A DNA stretch of 64,000 nt from Tubulanus polymorphus (Eukaryota; Animalia; Nemertea), in assembly GCF_964204645.1 (NCBI RefSeq), contig NC_134031.1, positions 14,061,807 to 14,125,806 on the forward strand, read 5' to 3'. This document shows positions 1-12,694 of the stretch, piece after piece. The first letter of the stretch is position 1, and every line of letters starts with the position of its first letter. The notes under the pieces were generated by a model. It was not told where the DNA came from, did not search any database, and saw only the letters and a program-made list of their open reading frames with translations. Made by a program: the position numbers and the translations under genes.

Positions 1-737
1 CAGAAAAAGGTGCAGATTCGAAAGTATTGGGCCAAGGTACTAAAATCCAGGCCAAACAAGCTTATGCGAAAGTTATATGAAGTTATGCTTGCTGATATAT
101 ACAGTCACCCACGGGTGACGAACTGGGCTTCACAAGTACGCGATCTATCAAATAACCTAGGCTATGGACAAATATGGCATGATCAGAGTATAGAAAATGA
201 AAAATGGTTTTTCCGCTCCATTGAGCAGCTACTGAAATATCAATTTACCCAGGAATGGCATAACTGGTTAAGTAATTCCAATAAAGCCAAATTTTATCGA
301 AGTTTCAAATCATCAATTATGTACGAGCCGTATCTAAATGTAAGAAAAAACATCCGGATATCAGTGGCCAGATTTAGGTGCTCCAATCATAATTTCCGTG
401 TTGAATCTGGTCGTTGGCTACATCCTGTCTTGCCCTACCGTGAAAGAATATGCCAATACTGTGATCTAAATGCTGTTGAAAACGAATATCATGTACTAAT
501 AATCTGCCCCTTGTATAGGGACGAAAGAACGAGACACATCCCACAAAATGTTTTGTGCAACCCTAATTCTTATAAAACTGTTCGTTTTCTGAAAAACTCA
601 TGTTATATGAATGACCTCCATTTGTTTCTTTTAAAACTCAAAATTAAGCGTGAGTTAGTCAATCTATAGTTTCAATCTCCCCCTTTCCAATTAAAGAAAT
701 GTTTCTTTGACAATAAAGTTTATTATTATTATTATTA
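1..737 (+). mobile_element. 3' end of non-LTR retrotransposon (RTE-X-like LINE), C-terminal ORF2 plus tail
   Basis: ORF 10..669 ends in the CCHC motif ERICQYC..VENEYHVLIICPLY preceded by RFRCSNHNFRVESGRW. AATAAA at ~712 is followed by a (TTA)n tail to ~737. Clearly related to ORF 51667..52887. Confidence 0.85.
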
Positions 738-1078
738 AAATATGTTATTTTTAATAAAAAAAATGGTATGAGTGTGATTTGAATATACATTTATGAAATA
801 AAATTATAATCTGAAATATTATATAATCTAAATGGTATGAGAGTAATGATTAAAATATGCTACTTTTAAAGAAAAATTGTATGTGTATAAAAATGATATT
901 TATATATCATATTTTATGAAATTAAAAATAAACATAATATCTAAATTCTGTATTAAATATAGTAGAAAATTTCCATATTAAAATTAAACTTTTTCAAAAA
1001 GATAAAACCCACTATCTACAGATTAAAAGAATTTAAAAACAAGAATTTATTAATTCGACCAATCTAAAATATATAAAA

Positions 1079-1121
1079 TACACGACGTTTCGATCTCACC
1101 CTAGCGATCATCGTCAGGTGT
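1079..1121 (-). ncRNA. Minimal type I hammerhead ribozyme in a Penelope-like element (pLTR) remnant
   Basis: Minus strand reads acac-CTGACGA-t-gatc(gctagggtga)gatc-GAAAC-GTC-gtgt. Both conserved core boxes are present, with stem II (gatc/gatc), stem I (acac/gtgt), a palindromic ACGT stem III and a GUC cleavage triplet. AATAAA lies ~25 nt downstream on the same strand. Confidence 0.8.
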
Positions 1122-1429
1122 GAGATATAGACTAAAAACAGGGGTATATATACAGAGGAGAACAGGTTAATTGAGTAAATTGGTGAGTCCGTAAATAATT
1201 AGTGTTTGGCAAGGCATGAAGCAAGGCATAAAACAAAGAATACCATTATTAAAGACAGAAAAACAGCTGTTCTTAAGGTTCATGCCCTCTTACAGATGTT
1301 AAAAGTTAACAATTTACTCATACATAGTAGTTACATAGCATGCGATTGAACATCAGTTAACTGTTCTTTATAGCCTGACGCAGGTCATCACCTGTGAAAA
1401 CCTGTCAATATTTTCCTCAATAAATCTTT

Positions 1430-1820
1430 TTCTATCAACAAATGAGGACCGGTGACCCAAGATGGCTGCCATTTGCGTCACGCATGGCGGATCAAAGAAT
1501 CTGTGCGATATGTTTAAGAGCCTTTCTCAAAGTATAACCATTACGAATCTCAATGAAAAGTGGCAAACCATTTTCGGAATTAAGAATGACCTTTTTCAGC
1601 ACAAAAAGGTTACACGACGGCCATCTTGTGTCAGATCGTCCCAATTCTTCTTATGCTGGTGCACCATGGGGGGAAACAAACATACGTGAAAGATCAAGAT
1701 AATTGATTAAAGGGTCTTCAAAACTTCCCAAAATAACTGGAATCAGTCTGCGGACGAACAAAAGATCGAAAGTAAACGCAATAGCCCACAGGGACTCCAG
1801 TTCCAAGTGGGGTTAAAAAA
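1430..1820 (+). mobile_element. Non-autonomous Helentron/HINE-like repeat, copy 1
   Basis: Shares gatcaagataattgat, aaacttcccaaaataactgg, cggacgaac and agttccaagtggg blocks with 4100-4522. Ends in a GC hairpin (cccac..gtggg) followed by an A-run. Confidence 0.5.
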
Positions 1821-3871
1821 GCCTCTATAGTCAGAAGAAAATTAATGACTTCCCAATAATGTGCTTCAAATAGCCACATACTAGTAAGTGATTTGTTGAG
1901 ACATTTGCAGATGTAGATGGAAGTCTACGTCTTTTAGACGCATGCTGGGGAGATCATTGTCCAAATTACAGGGGCTCGTATCAGAGTTGTAGGTGATGTA
2001 AAAACGATAATCTGTTAATCCAATGTATATAGTATATATAAAATAACGTTACTTTATATATACTATATACATTGGATTCACAGAATATAGTTTTTACATT
2101 ACCTACAACTCTGATACGAGGCCCCGTGGTCCAAATCACACTGAGAGGATTCCTTGAAAAAAATATTAAAAATTTCGTCAGGAACAATATCAAAATTCGT
2201 CCTCGAAGCAATTTTCACAGTGGTGTCTAAGCAGACCTATGGCAAATTCGATGCCACATTTGAGACGGCTCCTTGACTGTCTCATTCTGAAATTAAATAA
2301 GGTAATTTTTTCTAAACAAAATTTACGATCAATGAAAAGCGAGCCATGAGAAATCGGTGAGACAAATAATCATTTATAATACAATCTTTTTTACTTATTG
2401 AAGTAAAACTTACTGTGGTAACCTCTGTAAGAAAATCTCTTTGAATTGGTCGCACAAATACCCTGCCACGTGGTACAAGGATTTCCATGACCGATGGGGA
2501 TATCAGAGCAACTCACCTAAATTAAGTTCGTATGTTTTGAGACTGAATGCTGACGGCATCTTATCTTTAAAATAGCCTGGTCACCCATTGTAGTCACACC
2601 AATTGATATAAGATCTTCGTACTGCATTACATTGACTGCAGCTGGAGTAACCTGAAGGGCCTATGATGAGGCATGTTGAAACATCAGTGGCTTAGAATGG
2701 GACCACAAAATGCTTAGCTGTTAGCTGTCAAGACAAATTTCCATTTAGGCTAATAAATAGAATTCAAGTCTAGCCTTAAACCTCGAGGGCCAGGGCATGA
2801 GTTACGGTGACAGGTCAGCAGACCCGGTCCTCACAGACCCGGTCAAAACATCCGCCTTCCAATACAACTTAATGAAACAGTAGGCCTAATCTTTTGATTT
2901 CATAAATCAATAGGCCTAATTTATTACCATTAACTGGGGGCTTTGGAGCAAGGTTAAAGTAAATTCCCTGATCCGCGGATGAACCTTAATTTTCATTCAT
3001 AGGCCTAAACCTCGTGTGTAGACGACATGATACAGACGAGGACGTGTTGACCGTAATTCTGAGTTACTAATGCCCAAGATTTTCATGAAAGTGGAACTTA
3101 TTGCAAGAAGCCACGTAAAAATCGGGTCCTGGGAGTTACTCGGACAGATAATTATTGAAAATTAGATGCAAAGTCAGAGAAACAATTTTACGTCTTTAAG
3201 AATATTTGGGGGGGGGGGGGATTTGCTTCTTGTTTCTACAATTGGGCCTCAAATCAAGTAAGCCGATATTTTGAACGAAAATAATTGAAAAAGTGTTACA
3301 ATGAGCGAATCTTTTGAAATTGATGCTCAAATTACCTTAAAGCCAGCATCTGGGGCAGGGCTGGGCTAAGCGGAACTTCATAAATGAGAGGGGGATTACG
3401 GGCCTGTAGGGCCTGGTAAACGAATGCACATAGATGGTTTGCACAACAAACATAAACAAGCACACGTCACAATTGTTTGCCAACACAGGCCTATATAGAG
3501 TGAAAAATCGCCGTTTAGTCTAGGGCAGGCCACATTTGTTTAATACTTTCAGTAACATTTTCACATATGCGCAATTTAATTAATGGCACATGGACAATAA
3601 GACGACCGGCACTGCTACCTTTTCTTTAACCACTATCATCGATACACTCTGTAGGTAAGTGTGGTGTATGTGACTAATAATTGAAATGAAGTCTGTTCAG
3701 TATTCGAGCAGCAAAAGGGCGATAATTTGGCGATCCAAAACTACCCACATAAACTTACATTTTCTTCTTGGAATCTGTCAAGCAGGTGTGTAAGGCTGAG
3801 ACTAATCAGAATATTTTCCATCTCCATGACGCGCCAAGTACACATGAAGTGCTACCTGGCGGTGATTTTCG

Positions 3872-3972
3872 GAAAAACAATTTACGTCGTCACAAAAACT
3901 AACGTCGTAGTTAAAACTTACGTCGTCACAAAAACTTACATCGTCACGAAAACTTACGTCGTCGCAAAAATG
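3872..3972. repeat. 18-bp minisatellite (aaaacttacgtcgtcaca-like), ~5 copies
   Basis: Directly visible tandem units; produce the KTYVVT pseudo-repeat in ORF 3727..4113. Confidence 0.85.
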
Positions 3973-4099
3973 CATGTATTATGTCGCAGTAAAAATATAG
4001 ATTCTTATGTTGGGACGCTATTACGTTGCAAAAAACTACGTCGGTGCAGCGCTCATATTTTTTTTCAATTATCGCGTTTCATAGTCTCGGGTATTAATG

Positions 4100-4522
4100 G
4101 TGCCCTTCTATAGAATACTCATCACAAATTGCAATGAAAATGGCAAACCAGTAGGAAGCTACACGACTTTTGGGCACAAACCAGGTTACATGACGGCCAT
4201 CGATCTACCCAATCTTTCTCATGCTGACAGGCCTTCGGGGGAGGGGGTACAAATACATACGAGAGATCAAGATAATTGATCAAAGCGTCTTCATAATTTC
4301 CCTCGAAAACTAGAAAATTGTGTAAAAAGTACTGCGAATAATTAACTCTGACAGGACCAGTTTTTTGGCTCAAGATGTGTCTAGGATAGATACATGTGTA
4401 ACCCAAATATAAAGACAACATCTAAAACTTCCCAAAATAACTGGATTCCGTCTACGGACGAACGGACGGACTGACGGACGCGATACCCCGTTGGGGTTAA
4501 AGTTCCAAGTGGGCGTATAAAA
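4100..4522 (+). mobile_element. Non-autonomous Helentron/HINE-like repeat, copy 2, with (GGAC)n microsatellite
   Basis: Homologous to 1430-1820; acggacgaacggacggactgacggacg tract and terminal hairpin are typical of invertebrate HINEs. Confidence 0.55.
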
Positions 4523-4536
4523 GATTATCTTAAATT

Positions 4537-4771
4537 TGTCGCGACTCATGTCGCGAGTATTATTATTATCAGTAATCCATGGTATCCAACACATGTATTA
4601 TGTTTCTACCGTACAAATCACGAATGAATATCAGTACCTGTCAGTACTTATCCTACCATGAAACTGATCAACTATAAATTGTGTACAGAATAAATCAGAG
4701 TGTCCACTCAAACTATATTGCTCACTGAAACACGTTCTTCGTAGTTCATATATGGTTTACCAGTCAGGACA
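4537..4771 (+). repeat. 5' LTR
   Basis: TGTCGCGACTCATG...GGACA; near-identical to 8127-8361. Confidence 0.95.
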
Positions 4772-4773
4772 TT

Positions 4774-4787
4774 TGGTCCCTCGAGCC
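4774..4787 (+). promoter_or_regulatory. Primer binding site, tRNA-Tyr-like
   Basis: TGGTCCCTCGAGCC just after the LTR; one mismatch to the complement of the tRNA-Tyr 3' end (TGGTCCTTCGAGCC), a common BEL PBS. Confidence 0.75.
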
Positions 4788-4938
4788 TGTGTTTTATCAG
4801 CTAAACTGCTGTTATCTGTAATGCTTTCGTGTGGGGAAGCGAGAAGAAATTTGGTCGAAGACGTGTATTCTACAACTTGAACAACTGGACAACTCGAGCA
4901 ACTGAAGAGGAACACATTGACAGCAACATCAGGGGATA

Positions 4939-7900
4939 ATGTCGGCGTTCGAAGAAGTGAAACTGATGAGGGCGACCCATAGAGGACAGTTCACGAAATT
5001 AAAAACCAAATGTGATTCGCTACTGAAAGACGGTCATACTGTGAAAGGTATGTCAACCTTATTCACTTTGAAGAATAAATATGCGAAATTGCAAGAACTT
5101 GAGAACCTGCTAATCACGGCATCTCAAAATACCGGTCAATCCTTGATGGACCTGATAATTGAAGGTGACGACGACTTGAACGAAAAAGTTGGTTTGCGTA
5201 AATACCCTGGAATTTGCGTTCAACGAATTATCAACAAAAACGGCTTCGTCTGTCTTGCCGAATACCCAGCGTATTACTCTGCCGAAATTACAGCTACCTA
5301 TGTTTGGAGGTAATATTTTAGAATGGCCGTCATTTTGGGACTTGTTTAAATCTAGTGTGGACAAACTGCGTTGAGTGACGTTGAAAAGTTCTCACATTTG
5401 AAATGTCATCTCGTCGGAGATGCAAAATTAACTATTGAAGGTCTGCCGCTTACGATTGAAAACTATGACAAGGCGAAAGATTTGCTAGAATCTAGATTTG
5501 GGCAGCCACACAAAATTTCAGAGGCAATTTTCAATGAATTGGTTAACTTAAATTCACCTCCGTATAGTCTACATTCATTGCGAGAATTCAATAACAAAAT
5601 AAAAATGTATATTAGAAGTTTAGAATCGTTGAATAAGTCACCAGACACATATGGCTCATTATTAGTACCAATTTTATTGAGTAAATTACCAAGAGAAGCT
5701 AGACGCAACATTGCCAGGTCTCATGGAAATACTGAGTACACTTTATCTCGTATTCGGTCTGGCATTCTTGTTGAAATCAATGTTTTAGAAGCCTGCGATC
5801 CTCTGAGCAATCTACTGTTCAGTCACTGCATGTTCAGTCAAACAAGAATCGAAGAACGCAACAAAAGCCAGATATTACAAGTGATATTCGAACAAATATC
5901 AAATGTAGATTTTGTTCTGATATGCATTTTTCTAGTGACTGTACTAAGTTCAATACACCTTATACTAGGGCTAAATTTGTTCAGAGGAATAATTTATGTT
6001 TGAACTATTTGGGAAAACACAGAATGCGAGATTGCTCTTCTAGTAAAACCTGTAGGATTTGTCAGAAGCGTCATCACACCAGTTTGCATGGGGCTACATT
6101 TCCTACTATTTCTAATGTGAATTCTGTTTTGGATAATTCCATCAGTCCAACAGCTGTTTCAAGCCTAGCGGTTTCTTCAGAGAAACATATTGTATCGATT
6201 CCTGAAAATTCGAAAACCGAATATCAATCAGTGTTTTCAGGTAAATGCGATATCATTCCTTCGACTGTTAATTTGAAAACAGCCGTTGCACCGATTGAAT
6301 CTAATTCCTGTCATTCTATCGGACATCTACTCTTAGACGATGGGTCTCATCGCAGTTTCATTGCGTCTAAATTAGCTGATGAGATTGATTTGAAACCATA
6401 TAGATCGGAGTCAATAAATTTGTCTGGGTTTGGCGCTAAAGGCTCTGGTAGTAGAACTGTGGATATTGGGAAAATCAATGTATTTTGTGAAGTGGACATT
6501 TCTGTTGTCTAGCTCATTTGTGAACTTGAAATTAGCTCATCCTGTTGACTACAATGTAAATCCATTTGATATTTCGATACTCGTTGGTTCTGACGATAAC
6601 TACAATTTTGTTCTAAATGAACCATTTATACAGTCAGAAGATGGTCCTGTAGCAGTACCATCAAAATTGGGTTTTTTGATTTTGCGGTTCAAACGGTAGT
6701 GTCAATTCTGTTTGTAGTAATGTCGAATCTATGGTTATTCATCAATTCACTGAACCTGATATCTCTGATCTCAGGCAATGCTGGGCATAAGAAAGTCTGG
6801 GAATTGAGTCATTGAACAATATTGATACGTCATTTCTTCAGGAATTCGTTAATAATTCGATTGAATTCGTTAATGATCGATATAGCGTGAAATTACCTTG
6901 GAAGTCCAATCATGATTCTTTGCCCAAGAATCACAATGTGGCCAAATGGCGCACTCGTTCGACTATTCGTAGACTTTCAAAAACACCAGGGTTATTGCAA
7001 CGGTATAACGATATAATTATTACTGGTTATCTTCCTGGGCTTTATTGAGATCATAGGTTATCCTTTGATTGTTGCGGGAAATCATGAACATTAAATTCTC
7101 CATCATCCTGTCTTCAAACAGTCTTCGACCACACCTAGAAATTAGAAATTAGAAATATGTCCCGATGATAGAGACGCCTGTAGATTTTTCTGGTTATCAG
7201 ACCCGAATGATCCAGATAGTGAATTACACGTATATAGGTTCAGACGTGTTCTATTCGGCGCCACGTGCTCGCCTTTTCTGTTGAATTGTTCTATCATTTC
7301 AAAAATTCATCAGTTCCTTTCACATCGAAACGTTAAATGGAAATTTATTTCTAAGGCTGCTCCTTGGCACGGAGGATTCTGGGGGCGAATGGTAGGTCTG
7401 ACAAAAAATTGTTTGAAAAAGACTCTTGGCAGATCGAGCATTAGTGAAATAGAATTACAAACTGTTCTATGTGAAATTGAAGCTTGCTTAAACGATCGTC
7501 CATTGACTTATGTATCGGCTGACTTTGAAGACGAGGTTCTCTCCACATCTCCTGCGTGGACGGCGCATCACCGCTCTATCCAAATTATTTCCAATTGAAA
7601 ATCTGAACGGTGATTCGATTTACTCAGATTACAATATTCTTACAAAACGTTATTTCTATTTGAATCGTCTCTTAGAACGTTTTTGGTCACGTTGGCAAAA
7701 GGAATATTTGCTTAGTCTAAGAGAAATTCATAGAACCACAGGCGACAATCGGGAGATGGTTAAAATTGGGTCAGTAGTCTTAATCCACGATGAAAATCTG
7801 CCCCGTTTCAGGTGGAAGATAGGGTATGTGCTCGATCTGGCAAGGGGTTCTGACCAGAAAGTGCGGTCAGTTACGATCAAAACGGCAAATGGGATAACCA

Positions 7901-7989
7901 ACCGTTCGTTATCAAAATTGTACCCGTTAGAGTTGAATTGTGAAGTTACAGAATCTGAATCTGCTATCTTACCTGATACAGTTACGTGA
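4939..7989 (+). pseudogene. BEL/Pao gag-pol pseudogene
   Basis: LPKLQLPMFGGNILEWPSFWDLF (gag), C..C..RHHTSLH knuckle, LLDDGSHRSFI (aspartic protease), YSVKLPWK and FRRVLFGATCSPFLLN (RT), APWHGGFWGRMVG..E and RFWSRWQKEYL..R.RW (integrase and C-terminal domain). Many frameshifts and stops. Confidence 0.92.
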
Positions 7990-8126
7990 AGCGGCTAGAG
8001 ACGCTCAGATTAAAATACGAAAACTCATGAATGATGGTGATTAATATTATGATTGTTGTTTGATTGATTATGTACATGTCTTAATATTTGTTAATTAGTC
8101 TCGTTACAGTATTTTGCCGCCCGGAG

Positions 8127-8361
8127 TGTCGCGACTCATGTCGCGAGTATTCTTATTATCAGTAATCCATGGTATTCAACACATGTATTATGTTTCTACA
8201 GTACAAATCACGAATGAATATCAGTACCTGTCAGTACTTATCCTAGCATGAAACTGATCAACTATAAATTGTGTACAGAATAAATCTGAGTGTCCACTCA
8301 TACTATATTGCTCACTGAAACACGTTCTTTGTAGTTCATATATGGTTTACCGGTCAAGCTG
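8127..8361 (+). repeat. 3' LTR (terminal bases diverged)
   Basis: Matches the 5' LTR except for scattered substitutions and the last ~5 nt (agctg vs ggaca); preceded by gccgcccggag. Confidence 0.93.
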
Positions 8362-9080
8362 AAATTCTCTATTTAATTGTTTCTGTTAATCTTGTGATCT
8401 TTGATTTGGAAGTTTTCTAGAATAGATATATAATCTATATTTTCTTATTCTTCCATCTATTTCATATAACTGGGGGAGGCATAATTACCGTATATCGAAG
8501 TACAGTGGAACGTCGTTATAACGTCCTCACATTCAACGATGTTGAGTGTCCCATTTCACCAATACCCAAAGAACAATGAAGTTTGATGAGGCATGTCTTT
8601 GGATGTTGAACTATTTGATACAATTAAATTATTGGGCCAGGCTAGTAATCGGGTCTCATAAGATAAACATACTACTGCTATTATTCATGTAAAATCATGT
8701 AAACTAGTCGTACATAGGATGTCTGTGTATTAAATAATTCTCTTCGGTTGTGAAGATAAGTTATTCATAAACGAGAAGCAGATGGTAAACTATAATGCCG
8801 TAATAGTGAAAAGCTTAACGTTCCATGCTATCAGAATTAAATAACACCCCGGTATAGACATTTTTAGTAACAAACAGCTTAGAGGAAGTACATAGTTCGA
8901 TAAAATCAGGGGTTACTATGACAATTTTGAAGGATTTTTACAATTCAGACTTATCTTTTGAAATTACGTTCATTTGTGACTAGGGTGGATTATTTGATGA
9001 ATTCAATGCAGTTGTATTGGAAAGAGCAGAACAATTACTCAGTTTTGTGGTGAAATCAGCTTAATGAATTAAAGTTTTAA

Positions 9081-11712
9081 CCCTTTAACACTTTGATACA
9101 TATTTATATGTATCAAATTCAAATTGCGTTAAAACTTTGATACATATAAATATGTACTGTGGCAAGCGAGGTTTTTCTCTGTTAGTAACAACATTATTCT
9201 AACTCGGGAGATTCAAGGTAATAGTGGAGCATCAACAAAACACTTTTTTCAATATTTCTCGCGGATTTGTAGGATTTTTAAGCATTTTATTATACATTTG
9301 AGATGGCAAAACGAACAGCTCACGCGATAGTAAGTGATCCTACATTCTTCGATTCAGAGACTAGTGATTTAGGCAGCGACAGTGGGGATAGTATGTGTTT
9401 TATTGATGTAAGTGACTCTATAAGTGAAAATAAACATTCTGCATCTCCAAGTCCTCGTGGTCTAGATATAATATCGGATGATAGTGACGGTCATGAGTCA
9501 AATGATGAAGTTGCAGTCTCAATCGATGATCCCAATGAGTCTGTAAATTCAAGTGATGATGAACAACGGACACGCTTGACCACCAACAGGAGGCCTGATG
9601 TTAGTGGTAACAACCAAGTTAGTGGACTACAACTAACCTGAGAGAACCAAGAAATATTCAATTTAGAGGGCCTAAACCTGGGATTCCTGATTCCGCCACC
9701 TACATTGATAATTCTCCATATGAACTTTTTGAACTATTTTTCACAGAATTCTGCTTTCGACGTATGTGTGAAGAAACTAATTTATACGCATCACAATGTC
9801 TAGCTAAGCCACCTAAACAGGGTGAAAAACATTTACCATGGACTGAAGTAACCGTACCTGAACTAAAAACAGGGTTAGGACTTATGATAGCTATGGGTTT
9901 AGTGCAAAAACGAGGACGTCTCGATTCATACTGGTCAAAATCCTGGATTCTGCAGACACCAGCATTCAACGAAACGATGACATTTCTCAGATTCTCACAA
10001 ATTCTGCGTTATCTGCATTTTGCTGATAATGAATCTGAACTAACTGGTAAAAATTCCAAAGTGTGGAAAATAGAGAGATTCTTGATCTATATACTACATA
10101 GATATAGGAAGTTCTATAATCCCCGTCGTGAGTTAGCGGTAGACGAAACAATGCAAGTTCAAAGGGCGACTTTCTCTAAAGCAGAACATAAAGAATAAGC
10201 CTGTCAAGTGGGGTATCAAGTTGTTTTCATGTTGCGAATCTCAAACTGGATATGTCTTGAATTTCATTCCGTATACGGGACAGCGGAAAGAAACTGATAT
10301 CGGAAAATGTTCCCAATCGGTGATTGGTGTTAGTAATGCATATCTACATAAAGGTCACTACATTTTTACAGACAATTACTACACTTCTCCAGAACTTATG
10401 AAGGCCGTGAGAGATAAGCACACGCTTTTATGTGGGACAGTGAATTCTAACCGCAAGGGATTACCAAAAAATATGAGTAAGAATTGTTCCACTGTAAAAA
10501 GACTGAAGAAAGGTGAAAGTATGAAGCAAATGAATGGTGATATTTTAGCAGTAACGTGGAAAGACAAAAGAATCGTGAATGTTCTATCAAATATACCTGG
10601 CTCTCTTGGAGATATTGAACTTGTAAGGCGAGTGAAACATGGGGTAGAGGAAAAAGTCAATAAACCATTGGCAATTCATATATATATAACACCCACATGG
10701 GTGGAGTAGATCTATCGGATCAGCGGGTCCCATCTTATCGGAGGCATATGAAAACCCGAACATAGCACCTTCAGTTATTCTTTCATATTGCAAGATTGAG
10801 TATAGTACAAGCTTACATTATATATAATGAGCTTCATCCTACAAGTCGACAGAAAGAATATGACATCTTTCTCGAGGTAACAAAAGCACTCATTGGGGGT
10901 CGCAGTTTTGTAACCAAGCCTGGCCCACTAGCAATAGTACCTGAAACTCGTCGCTCCAATATGCCTACCAAAGCAGTCTAATTGTGTGGTACATAAACAA
11001 AGAGTTGCAACTAAGTATGCCTGTGCGGTTTGTAAAGTCCGACTTTGCTCTGAACCATGTTTCGCTCGCTTCCACTACATGCAGGATTTTGCATTCGATG
11101 ACCCCAAAAAGCAAGGTACAGCCGCTGTCAGGAAAAAAAATAGACAAAAGTAATGCATATCTGTAATTTACATGTAATTCCAGACATAGAACTATATAAC
11201 AGGTGGTTAAATGTTTTAGTTTTCGTCCTTGAAACAATTTGTAAAAAGTTCCATAATTTGCCATTTTTTAAAATAAAAATGGTGAAATTTTATTTTTGTT
11301 CGGTCAACCCCTGGAGATGGCTATATTGACCCATTTTGTTATAATTTTTGTTTTCGTTATACCAGGGATTATGGTGAAACATATTGAGTGTTATTTTACT
11401 GAAATAAACAATATATCGCAGAAAATTTTGAAAATTGAAATTGTTCATCTTTTTTTCACAATTTTCTTGAAAAATGATTCGTTTCCATGGCAACAGCATC
11501 CTTCTCAGATAACAACATAAAAGGCAGGTAGTTGTGGTGATTGTTAGCCAATAATGTCAGCTGACAGAAAAACTTTACTTCATAAGTATAGACCAAGTGG
11601 TTAGATTTTTCTGAGCTCTTTACTGGGAAAGATGGGGGTCGTAAATCTTTGGAACAAATTATTGAAAGTACAGGGGAGATTTTTCGACAAAAAAGATAAA
11701 AGTATTAAGGGG
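9081..11712 (+). mobile_element. piggyBac DNA transposon, full length, decayed
   Basis: TTAA at 9077-9080 and 11713-11716; imperfect TIRs CCCTTTAACACTTTGAT / CCCCTTAATACTTTTAT; internal transposase. Confidence 0.93.
9303..11100 (+). pseudogene. PGBD4-like piggyBac transposase pseudogene
   Basis: Acidic N-terminus; LAVDETM, KPVKWGIK, IFTDNYYTS, MGGVDLSDQ (DDD triad); C-terminal cysteine-rich domain TKYACAVCKVRLCSEPCFARFH. Several frameshifts. Confidence 0.92.
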
Positions 11713-12492
11713 TTAAGTTTGTATGGATGTCTTATATGATCTTACTGAATTTTTCAAAGAAATTCAGGAGAATGAAGTGTTGACATCTTCAGATAAGGTA
11801 ACATGTGTTGATTTCAGAGTGAGTTCTATGTGAAGTAGGTTGCTGGCTAGGAGGCCTACAGATGCGCTGATAGAGTCTGCAAAATACCAACTTGAACTAC
11901 ATTTCCTGTGTCTGTCCATAAGACCTTTCGTTTTGAGCCTCTACACCACTATTTGTCCCGACATACACAATTCTGCTTTTTGGTACGCCCATGCCCACCG
12001 ATGAAACAAACGGGAAATTAACTTGACAACATGTCTTCGGGAAAGTTTCTTAAAAGGCAATACACGGTTATGCATTTAACATGCATTCGTTCCTACGTCT
12101 TATAAAATAACTATTTTCTATTTATGAGAGCAGCATAATTTTCATTGCAATAAGTTATCAAAATATTTTATAGGATGATTCTATAGTCCTACGGTTCTTC
12201 AATTTGCGGTAACCAAGTGTTCAAATTCGATTTTTGTAATTAAGGATGAGATTTCCATTCATCACTCGATTTCAGATCATCTATCGCAATTTCACGTGTC
12301 TCTTCCATTTCTGATCCAACGGAAACCACAGAGAACAAGTGTACAAGATATTTCAAAACATTGATATCAAATTCAGTATGAAATGAACACGACATGGATT
12401 AGCTCGCAATTCTTCTTAATTTTGTAAAGTGTTTTTAATTGTCGTGACACCATGCTCGTGGGTGACTAAGCATTATAAATCTGCAGACGTGC

Positions 12493-12694
12493 GTGACTAT
12501 GCCATTATGCTGAGTCCATAAGAAATAGGATGGAGAGGGAATGTCATTGACCTACTGTCGGGGCGATTACACTATGCCTTGTAGGGGAGGTAGGCACGTA
12601 GGCATATGACTATACCATTATGCCGAATACATGGAATGTCATTGACCGACGGTCTGGGAGTCGACACTATGCTTTGTAGGATGAGTAGGTAGGG
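12493..12694. repeat. Imperfect ~100-110 bp tandem duplication
   Basis: gactat(g/a)ccattatg...ggaatgtcattgacc...acactatgc(c/t)ttgtagg...gtagg occurs twice. Confidence 0.7.

Larger units (their letters stand above)
4537..8361 (+). mobile_element. BEL/Pao LTR retrotransposon, internally deleted and frameshifted
   Basis: Two ~235-bp LTRs starting TGTC, AAATT TSD (4532-4536 and 8362-8366), PBS after the 5' LTR, and gag (DUF1759-like), zinc knuckle, protease, partial RT and integrase motifs. Confidence 0.95.

Noticed and set aside
2799-3059. Possible MITE with GAGTTACGGT/ACCGTAATTC ends
   Set aside because: TIR is short and imperfect, and no TSD was identified.
3727-4113. 128-aa ORF with KTYVVT repeats
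   Set aside because: Translation of an 18-bp minisatellite; non-ATG start.
8501-8545. pogo/Tc1-type TIR start TACAGTGGAACGTCGTTATAACG
   Set aside because: Matching opposite end not found; too short to annotate.
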